Assembly: GCA_029259725.1 (NCBI GenBank)
Contig: JAJDER010000045.1
Span: 15,799 to 79,798, forward strand
Reading direction: 5' to 3'
Length of the DNA stretch: 64,000 bases
Origin: Planctomycetota bacterium
Lineage (GTDB): Bacteria > Planctomycetota > B15-G4
Numbering within the stretch: position 1 is the first letter of the stretch; each line of letters starts with the position of its first letter. The notes under the pieces were generated by a model that saw only the letters and a program-made list of their open reading frames with translations, did no database searches and was not told where the DNA came from. The translations under genes and the position numbers were made by a program. Positions 57,074-64,000 of this stretch are shown here, piece by piece.

Positions 57074-58777
57074 ATGTCCCCCGATTCAAGAACCCGTCCG
57101 TACACGGTCGATAGGTGCCGCCGCCCGGCCCTCTCCGAGAGTCCGCTCATGTTCCGCTGCCTGCTTCTCATCGCCCTCGCCACCGCCTTCGTCGCAGCCC
57201 CTGTCGGGGCCCAGGACGACGACGGCCTGGTGACCCTCAACGTCCGAGCCACGTCACTCGGCCAGGTGCTGGAGATGATCTCCGTCCAGCAGCGGGTCAA
57301 CATCGTCACGGGTGTCGACACCAACGTCCCCGTCACGGCGAACTTCTACGACGCCAGCCTCGAGGAAGCCCTCGACTGGGTGCTCAACCCGCTCGGTCTC
57401 GGCTGGGTCTTCGACGGCAAGGTCTATCACGTCATGCCGCTCGACGACCTCGACGCGATCGAGCAGCCGCTGGTGCACTCGATCATCCACCCGAACTACA
57501 TGACGGTGCAGGAGCTGCAGGCGTTCGTCCTGCCCCTGCTCTCGGCGCGCGGCAGTGTCGTGTTGTCCGAGGCCTCGCAGGAGGGGATCGAGTCGGGTTC
57601 CAGCGAAGCGGGCGGCAACGACTCCACGCTGCCCGAGACCATGCTCGTGATCGACACCGAGGACGCCATCCGCCGCATCATGCAGCTGGTGGCCGAGCTC
57701 GATGGGCGACCGTTGCAGGTGCTCGTGCAGGCCACGATGATCGAGGTCAAGCTCGATGAGACCAACAAGTTCGGCGTGGACCTGGCGCTGCTCGGCGGCG
57801 GCACGTCCTTCTCCGACTTCGAGAGCCTGACGGCCCTCGACACGCCCTACTCGGCGCCGACGACGTTCGTGCCCGGTGAGTTCGGGGCCGGCGGCCTGGC
57901 GGCCGGCGCGCCCTTCCTGCAGCCCTCGGGCACGAGCTCGGCGGTGACCAGCGGCTTCACGGATCCGACCGGCGACGGTCTGCGCATCGGGTGGGTCGGG
58001 AGTGGCGCGGCGGTCTTCATCGAAGCGCTGTCCGAGATCGCCGACACGAACGTGCTCGCCAACACCGAGGTCCTGGCGCTCAACAAGCAGCGCGCCGAGC
58101 TGATCATCGGTGGTCGCCTGGGCTACTTCGGCGGCACGACGGTCAGTGACGGCATCAGCCAGCAGACGGTCGAGTTCCTCGAGGTCGGCACGCAGCTGCG
58201 CTTCCGTCCCTTCATCGGGAACGACGGCTTCGTCCGCCTGGAGATCCACCCGCAGCGAGGTAGCGGCGTCGTCGACCCCGACACCGGCCTGCCCAACGAG
58301 ACCACCTCCGAGGTCACGACCAACGTCATGGTGCGCGACGGTGAGACCGTCGTCATCGGCGGCCTGATCGAGACCCGCGACGTCGCCACCGAGTCCAAGG
58401 TGCCGGTGCTCGGTCACCTGCCCGGTATCGGCTGGCTCTTCAGCTCCGAGACCACCGAGGTCGAGCGGACCGAGATCATCACCCTGATCACCCCGCACAT
58501 CCTCGAGAACGGTGAGACCTTCCAGGACGGCAGCCTGATCAAGGAGCGGTACGAGCGCGACAGCGAGTACTTCCGCGATTCGTTCGGCATCGAGGCCCGC
58601 TACACGCAGGGTCAGGCCGTCCAGGAAGAAGCGCGTGCCGCCATGAACGCCGGTCGCCTCGAAGAGGCGCGCATGCTCTGCGACCGCGCGCTGAAGATCG
58701 ACCCGCTGGCCGAGGGCCTGGTCGACCTGTCCGTCGAGATCGACCGTCGCCTGGCTGGCCAGGGCGGAGGCAACTGA
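57074..58777 (+). CDS. gspD: Secretin (GspD/PilQ family).
   Basis: N-domain motifs are VTLNVRATSLGQVLEMISVQQRVNIV and FYDASLEEALDWVL. The secretin domain reads NTEVLALNKQRAELIIGG...VMVRDGETVVIGGLI...SKVPVLGHLPGIGWLF...ITPHIL. The start is the ATG at 57074, with GGAGG upstream. An alternative ATG at 57149 gives a classical Sec signal, MFRCLLLIALATAFVAAPVGAQ. Confidence 0.8.
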   Translation: MSPDSRTRPYTVDRCRRPALSESPLMFRCLLLIALATAFVAAPVGAQDDDGLVTLNVRATSLGQVLEMISVQQRVNIVTGVDTNVPVTANFYDASLEEALDWVLNPLGLGWVFDGKVYHVMPLDDLDAIEQPLVHSIIHPNYMTVQELQAFVLPLLSARGSVVLSEASQEGIESGSSEAGGNDSTLPETMLVIDTEDAIRRIMQLVAELDGRPLQVLVQATMIEVKLDETNKFGVDLALLGGGTSFSDFESLTALDTPYSAPTTFVPGEFGAGGLAAGAPFLQPSGTSSAVTSGFTDPTGDGLRIGWVGSGAAVFIEALSEIADTNVLANTEVLALNKQRAELIIGGRLGYFGGTTVSDGISQQTVEFLEVGTQLRFRPFIGNDGFVRLEIHPQRGSGVVDPDTGLPNETTSEVTTNVMVRDGETVVIGGLIETRDVATESKVPVLGHLPGIGWLFSSETTEVERTEIITLITPHILENGETFQDGSLIKERYERDSEYFRDSFGIEARYTQGQAVQEEARAAMNAGRLEEARMLCDRALKIDPLAEGLVDLSVEIDRRLAGQGGGN

Positions 58778-59193
58778 TGATCCAGCGTGTGGAGGCTGGT
58801 CGCGAGCTGACCCACGGTGCCATCGCCGACCTCGGAGCGACACTCTCCGAGCAGGTGGCCCGCGGCGTGACGACGGTGCACATGAGTGCGGCGCGCGTCT
58901 CGCAGTTCGACAGCCAGACCCTCGAGTCGCTGCTCGAGTTCGATGCGTTGGCCCGCTCCCGCGGGCTCTCTTTCACCCTCATCGACCCGTCCGACCTGCT
59001 CCAGGCGGCCCTGCGTGTGACCGGCGTCGACAGCCGCATCCAGGTCCGGCAGGGCGAGGGAGAGGTGGACTCGTCGCCCGACGACGAGACGCCGGTGCTC
59101 GCTGAGGAACTCGCCGAGGAGGATCTCGACGAGGAGTTCGACATCGCCGCGGGGGATCTCGCCGGCGACGATGACCCAGGGGATTCCGAATGA
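58777..59193 (+). CDS. STAS-domain protein (anti-sigma-factor-antagonist-like) with an acidic C-terminal tail.
   Basis: It overlaps the secretin stop (TGATG) and the GspE start (ATGA). The fold pattern LTHGAIADL..., VHMSAARVSQFDSQTLESLLEFDALARSRGLSFTLIDPSDLLQ looks like SpoIIAA/STAS. The C-terminus is highly acidic. Confidence 0.55.
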   Translation: MIQRVEAGRELTHGAIADLGATLSEQVARGVTTVHMSAARVSQFDSQTLESLLEFDALARSRGLSFTLIDPSDLLQAALRVTGVDSRIQVRQGEGEVDSSPDDETPVLAEELAEEDLDEEFDIAAGDLAGDDDPGDSE

Positions 59194-60920
59194 CCGTCGT
59201 CGGTCTCGATCACGCGAGCCTCGCTGACACCCTTCGCGACGCGGGCATCCTCTCCGATGCCGATCTCGACCGGGGCCTGAAGGCCCCTGCGAAGGGCATC
59301 GGGGAACAGCTCGACAAGCGTCTCATCCGCCTCGGTCTCCTCGACGAGGTCGGACTGCTCCAAGCCCTCGCGATCCAGCGCGGCATGCCCTTCGCCCGGA
59401 TCGACAAGGGGCTCGGCGATCGTGCGATGTTCGAGGTGCTCGACAAGGAGTGGGCGCGCAGCCATGCCGTGCTCCCGCTCTACCGCGTGCACGGCGAACT
59501 GACCGTCGCGATCTCCGATCCCACCGACGTCTTCACCATCGATGCGCTCACGCGCCTCACGGGCCTGAAGATCCGGCTCGTGGTGGCGCCGGCCGGTGAC
59601 ATCGACAGCGGGCTGTCCCAGATGGGCGGCAAGCTGAGCGGGTTGTCGGTGGACGACATCCTGGACGACGCCGAGGACGACGGGGGCCTCGACCTCATCA
59701 AGGCCGAGGCCGACGAGGCCGAGAACCTCGAGGAGATCGCCGGTCTGTCCCCGGTCGTGCGACTGGTGAACCGCGTGATCAAGGGCGCGATCACGCACGG
59801 CGCGTCCGACATCCACATCGAGCCGGACGAGAACACGCTGCGTCTGCGCTTCCGCATCGACGGCATCCTCCGCGAAGCCGATGAGATCATGGGCGTCACG
59901 CGCCTGCCGCCGCGTTTCGCGCCGGCCATCGTGTCGCGCGTGAAGATCATGGCCGCTCTCGACATCGCCGAGCGCCGCGTCCCGCAGGACGGCCGCATCC
60001 CGGTCATGTTCGACGGGCGCGCCATCGACCTGCGTGTCTCGACGTTGCCCACGGGCTTCGGCGAGAAGGTCGTCATGCGTATCCTCGACCGCTCGGCCAT
60101 GCTCCGCGACCTGGCGTCGCTGGGCTTGAGCCCGCGTATCGAGGACGGTCTCAAGGACCTGGTGGGCGCGCCCAACGGCGTGCTGCTGGTCACGGGCCCG
60201 ACCGGCTCGGGCAAGACGACCACGCTCTACGCCGCGCTCGCGACGATCAACTCCATCGACCGCAACATCTGCACGGTGGAGGACCCGACCGAGTACACGA
60301 TCCCGATGATCAACCAGGTCCAGGTGAACGAGCGGGCCGGTCTGACCTTCGGGTCGGCGCTGCGTTCGCTGCTGCGTCAGGACCCGGACGTGATCATGGT
60401 GGGTGAGATCCGCGACCGCGAGACGGCGCAGATCTGCATCGAGGCGGCGCTCACGGGCCACCTCGTGTTCTCGACCCTGCACACCAACGACGCCATCGCC
60501 GCGGTGCCGCGCCTGGTCAACATGGGGCTGGAGTCCTACCTCATGGCCGCCGCGCTCAACGGCATCCTGGCCCAGCGCCTCGTGCGCAGGTTGTGCGAGC
60601 ACTGCAAGGTCACCGTGCGTCCCACCGAGCGCGATCTCGCGCTGCTCGAGAAGTTCGAGGTCGGTGATGTCGATCTGGCGCGCGGCGAGGGCTGCGCCCA
60701 GTGCACGGGCACCGGCTACAGCGGGCGTGTCGGCATCCACGAGCTGTTCGTCATCGACGACTGCCTGCGCGACATCATCACGAAGAACCCGACCCTCTCG
60801 GCACTGCGCCGTGAAGCCAAGAAGCAGGGGCACCTGGCTCTGGCGTACGACGGCCTGATCAAGGCCGGCGAGGGACTCACCACCATCGACGAAATCATCC
60901 GGGTCGCCGAGATCCGCTAG
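59190..60920 (+). CDS. gspE: Type II secretion / type IV pilus assembly ATPase (GspE/PilB family).
   Basis: A GspE_N-like N-terminus reads LLQALAIQRGMPFARI. Walker A reads LVTGPTGSGKTTTLYAAL. The Asp box and Walker B (DPDVIMVGEIRD) are present. A tetracysteine motif reads CEHC...CAQCTGTGY. Confidence 0.9.
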   Translation: MTVVGLDHASLADTLRDAGILSDADLDRGLKAPAKGIGEQLDKRLIRLGLLDEVGLLQALAIQRGMPFARIDKGLGDRAMFEVLDKEWARSHAVLPLYRVHGELTVAISDPTDVFTIDALTRLTGLKIRLVVAPAGDIDSGLSQMGGKLSGLSVDDILDDAEDDGGLDLIKAEADEAENLEEIAGLSPVVRLVNRVIKGAITHGASDIHIEPDENTLRLRFRIDGILREADEIMGVTRLPPRFAPAIVSRVKIMAALDIAERRVPQDGRIPVMFDGRAIDLRVSTLPTGFGEKVVMRILDRSAMLRDLASLGLSPRIEDGLKDLVGAPNGVLLVTGPTGSGKTTTLYAALATINSIDRNICTVEDPTEYTIPMINQVQVNERAGLTFGSALRSLLRQDPDVIMVGEIRDRETAQICIEAALTGHLVFSTLHTNDAIAAVPRLVNMGLESYLMAAALNGILAQRLVRRLCEHCKVTVRPTERDLALLEKFEVGDVDLARGEGCAQCTGTGYSGRVGIHELFVIDDCLRDIITKNPTLSALRREAKKQGHLALAYDGLIKAGEGLTTIDEIIRVAEIR

Positions 60921-60936
60921 AGAGGGCAACACCACC

Positions 60937-62067
60937 ATGGCTGTCAGTGCCGATCCCGTCCACATCCCAGCTGACGACGCACCGCTCATGGAGCGGATCC
61001 AGGCGAACGCCAAGCTCGCCATGAAGCGCATGCAGGTCCCGCCCGAGCAGATCCTCGATCTGGTCAGTCAGCTCGGGATCATGTTCGAGACGGGGCTCAA
61101 CCTGTCCGCGGCGCTCGAGGTCCTCGAGCGTCAGGCGGGAACGCCGCACCTGTCCGTGTTCGTCGGCGACATCCGCCGGTGTGTCGAGGAGGGCCTGCCC
61201 CTGTCGCAGGCGATGGGCCGCCACCCGTGGGCCTTCTCGCCCGTCGCGCTGGCCCTGGTCCGCGCCGGCGAGATGACCGGTGACCTCGGCACGATGCTGC
61301 GCAAGGTCAGCGAGTTCATGGAGCGCGACATCGGGACCAAGAAGAAGGTCCGCGGGGCGCTGGCCTACCCGGCGTTCATGGCCATCTTGGCCGTGTGCGT
61401 GATCATCTTCCTGCTGGTCAACGTCTTCCCGAAGTTCGCCGACCTGTTCAAGGACGCCGAGAAGCTGCCCGGGCCGACCAAGATGTTCATGAACCTGTCC
61501 GACTTCATGTCGGCGCACGGGACCTGGCTGCTGCCCACCGCTTTGCTCGGGGTGATCGTGAGCCTGACCTTGATCAAGTCGCGCAAGGGGCGGGAGATCT
61601 TCGATCCGATCTGGCTGAAGGCGCCGGCGTTCGGAAACCTGATCAAGGCCGTGGCCATCTCGCGCTCGTTCCACGTGCTCGGCGTCATGCTCAACGCCGG
61701 CCTGAACGTGCTCGAGGCGCTGCGCCTTGCCGCCGACGTGGCCGGCAACAACGAGTACAAGAAGCTCTGGAACCAGTGCCGGATGGACGTCGAGCAGGGC
61801 GGCGACATCTCCGCCAGTCTCATGGACAACCCGCTGGTGCCGCCGACCGAGACCGCCATGGTCTCGCTGGGTGAGCGCTCCGGGACGCTGCCCGAGGTGC
61901 TGGACAAGATCACCAAGCACCACGAGAAGAAGGTCGACGGTGCGATCAAGGCGTTCGTCGGTGTCATCGAGCCGGCCATGACGATCATCATGGGCGCGGT
62001 CGTCGCGCTCATCGTCTCCAGCTTGATCATGCCCATGTTCAGCCTGAGTTCGGCCCTGCGCGGCTGA
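60937..62067 (+). CDS. gspF: Type II secretion / type IV pilus platform protein (GspF/PilC family).
   Basis: It has two T2SSF-like repeats (GLPLSQAMGRHPWAFSPVALALVRAGEMTGDLGTML... and GGDISASLMDNPLVPPTETAMVSLGERSGTLPEVL...) and three TM helices. Confidence 0.8.
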   Translation: MAVSADPVHIPADDAPLMERIQANAKLAMKRMQVPPEQILDLVSQLGIMFETGLNLSAALEVLERQAGTPHLSVFVGDIRRCVEEGLPLSQAMGRHPWAFSPVALALVRAGEMTGDLGTMLRKVSEFMERDIGTKKKVRGALAYPAFMAILAVCVIIFLLVNVFPKFADLFKDAEKLPGPTKMFMNLSDFMSAHGTWLLPTALLGVIVSLTLIKSRKGREIFDPIWLKAPAFGNLIKAVAISRSFHVLGVMLNAGLNVLEALRLAADVAGNNEYKKLWNQCRMDVEQGGDISASLMDNPLVPPTETAMVSLGERSGTLPEVLDKITKHHEKKVDGAIKAFVGVIEPAMTIIMGAVVALIVSSLIMPMFSLSSALRG

Positions 62068-62176
62068 TCCGGGAGTCGGGCGCCGGCCTTCACGGCGGCG
62101 GCCGCGACGACACGACGGGGCGGTTCCCTCGCAAGGGGAGCCGCCCCGTCGGTCGTGTCGGGCGTAGGATGCGCCC

Positions 62177-63313
62177 ATGCCCCTCGACGTGTTGCGCTTG
62201 ACCGAAGACCTCGTCGCCCTCGACAGCGCGCCGGGGTGCTCCACCGGGCCGGTGATCACGCGGCTGGTGGAGCAGCTCTCCGCGCTCGGCGCTCACGTCC
62301 GCGTCCAGGCCGGGGAGCACGACGGCGTTCCGCAGCAGAACCTCGTGGCGCGCTTCGGTGGCGACGCATCGGCCGGCCTGGTCCTCGCCGGCCACGTCGA
62401 CACGGTGCCGTGGGACGCGGCGATGCGCGCCACCACGAGACCCGAGCGCGACGGGCGCAGGCTCTACGGCCGCGGCGCGTGCGACATGAAGGGACCCGTC
62501 GCGGCTCAGCTGGTCGCGGTGGCGGCGCGTCGAGAGGCCCTGCGTCGACCCCTGGTCCTGGCCTTCACCTATGCCGAGGAGGTCGGCTGTCACGGTGCCG
62601 TGCACCTCGTGACCGACGCGGCCCTCGTGGGCGACGTGAGCGACGCCGTCGGTGTCGTCGGCGAGCCCACCGGCATGACGCCCATCATCGGGCACAAGGG
62701 CTACGTCATCGCCTACCTGGATCTGTTCGGGGTGCCGGCACACTCGTCCGATCCCTGGGCCGGCGCGGATGCGAGCGTGGTCCTGGCCGATCTGTTGGCT
62801 CGGCTGCACGCCCTCCGCGAGGCGCTGAGGGACGAGGGCGCCGGGTCGGGGTTCTCGCCGGCAGGCACCGTGCTGAACACCGGGCTCGTCAGCGCCGGCT
62901 CGGCGCGCAACGTGGTTCCGGACCGGGCGCGCGTCGTGCTCGAGTTGCGCCCGCTCCCCGGTACCGATGTCGCGGCGCTGCGTGCTCGCGTCGAGGCCTG
63001 CCTGGCCGCGGCCTGCGAGGGCGTGGCGGCCGTGAGCGGAGCGGCCACGTGGATCGAGGAGCAGCCGCCGTTCGAGCAGTCACCGGACGCCAGCGTGGTC
63101 GATTGGTTGGTGCAGCGCACCGGGCGCGCGAGCGACGTCGTGCGCTTCTACACCGAGGCGGAGATCTACCGCCGCGGACTGGGGATCCCGTTCACCGTGT
63201 GTGGTCCCGGCTCGATCGACCAGGCCCACCGGGTCGATGAGTCCATCGCCTTCGACGAACTCGAGGCCGGCGTCGCGCTGTACGCCGACACCATCGACGC
63301 CTTCTGCACCTGA
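62177..63313 (+). CDS. M20-family metallopeptidase (ArgE/DapE-like deacylase).
   Basis: Motifs are LVLAGHVDTVP, GRGACDMKG and YAEEVGCHGA. It has an M20 dimerisation-domain layout. Confidence 0.75.
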   Translation: MPLDVLRLTEDLVALDSAPGCSTGPVITRLVEQLSALGAHVRVQAGEHDGVPQQNLVARFGGDASAGLVLAGHVDTVPWDAAMRATTRPERDGRRLYGRGACDMKGPVAAQLVAVAARREALRRPLVLAFTYAEEVGCHGAVHLVTDAALVGDVSDAVGVVGEPTGMTPIIGHKGYVIAYLDLFGVPAHSSDPWAGADASVVLADLLARLHALREALRDEGAGSGFSPAGTVLNTGLVSAGSARNVVPDRARVVLELRPLPGTDVAALRARVEACLAAACEGVAAVSGAATWIEEQPPFEQSPDASVVDWLVQRTGRASDVVRFYTEAEIYRRGLGIPFTVCGPGSIDQAHRVDESIAFDELEAGVALYADTIDAFCT

Positions 63314-63350
63314 GCGCTGCGGGCGGGCCCGGCGGCGCGACACCCGTGGC

Positions 63351-64000
63351 TCAGCGGTTCGCGCGGACCCAGTCGCACGCGTTGGCGAAGAGCGGGGCGC
63401 CCGGGCCGTGGTCCGGCACGCTGTCCCCCTGGCGCGTCCACTCGGGATGGTGATAGCCGAAGAGCGCGCGTTCGGGGTGCGGCATCAGGCCGAGCACGCG
63501 GCCGGTGGCATCGGTGAGCGCGGCGATGGCGCCGTGGCTGCCGTTGGGATTGGCCGGGTAGTCCTGGGTCGGGGCGCCGGTCCTGTCGGCGTAGCGGAAG
63601 ACGACGCGATCGTCGGTGTCGAGTGCAGCCGCGACCCGCTCGTCGAGGGCGACGAGTCGGCCTTCGGCGTGGGCGACGGGCAGCTCGGGCGCGTCCATGT
63701 CGCCGACGAAGACGCACCGCCGCGAGCTGATCGCCAGCTTCACCCAGCGGTCCTCGTACTTGTGCGAGGCGTTGTCGGTCAGGGCCACCTCGCGCTCGCC
63801 GAGCGGAGCGGACAGGCCGGGCAGCAGGCCCAGGCGGACCAGCACCTGGAAGCCATTGCAGATGCCGAGCACGAGGCCGCCGTCCGCGACGAACCGCTGC
63901 AGCGACGAGGCCAACCGCGTGCCGAGTTCCGTGCCGAAGACGGCGCCCGCCGCGATGTCATCGCCGTAGGCGAAGCCGCCGGGCACGGCCAGGACGTGGT
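63351..64000 (-). CDS. purQ: Phosphoribosylformylglycinamidine synthase I (glutamine amidotransferase subunit PurQ), partial. The N-terminus lies beyond the window edge.
   Basis: The frame is open to base 64000. A class I GATase catalytic region reads GGFAYGDD...LVLGICNGFQVL...MPHPER. The stop codon is at 63351. Confidence 0.8.
   Translation of the reverse strand, partial: HVLAVPGGFAYGDDIAAGAVFGTELGTRLASSLQRFVADGGLVLGICNGFQVLVRLGLLPGLSAPLGEREVALTDNASHKYEDRWVKLAISSRRCVFVGDMDAPELPVAHAEGRLVALDERVAAALDTDDRVVFRYADRTGAPTQDYPANPNGSHGAIAALTDATGRVLGLMPHPERALFGYHHPEWTRQGDSVPDHGPGAPLFANACDWVRANR

Overview
This is a high-GC (about 70% by eye) bacterial chromosomal segment that is almost entirely protein-coding, with about 44 CDSs. 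The long antisense ORFs in the six-frame track are almost certainly GC-driven artefacts. I saw no rRNA, tRNA, CRISPR array or obvious mobile element. The gene content points to a Gram-negative, envelope- and secretion-rich organism: Tat and Sec signals, many lipoboxes, lpxK, a type II secretion / type IV pilus-like gene set, a BlaI/BlaR1-TPR sensor pair, FG-GAP lipoproteins, and squalene-cyclase-like and HEAT repeat proteins. A Myxococcota- or Gemmatimonadota-like source is a guess only. Recognisable housekeeping genes are sulfatases, an isoaspartyl-peptidase/asparaginase-family Ntn hydrolase, a GNAT acetyltransferase, ParA, LpxK, glutamate dehydrogenase, TypA/BipA, an M20 peptidase, and PurQ (partial at the 3' edge). 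The most unusual locus is at 2.5-5.5 kb: an orphan LysW-like zinc-ribbon 'amino-group carrier' protein with a divergent poly-Asp C-terminus sits between a B12-binding radical SAM enzyme and a class I SAM methyltransferase, with an operator-like 12-bp tandem repeat in its promoter region. No lysX/argX ligase is present in the window. Other notable loci are (i) a YfhO-like membrane protein, an S1-sulfatase-like protein with Thr/His in place of the Cys/Arg formylglycine motif, and a GNAT, in one operon; (ii) two tandem paralogous giant lipoproteins; (iii) a second B12-like radical SAM (TIGR03960-like) co-oriented with a TPR protein and a translationally coupled heterodimeric ABC exporter; (iv) a radical SAM/SPASM enzyme co-oriented with FG-GAP, terpene-cyclase-like and HEAT repeat proteins; and (v) a non-canonical T2SS/T4P-like gene set with a STAS-domain gene between the secretin and the GspE ATPase. 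All assignments rest on motif and family recognition by eye; none was checked by database search.
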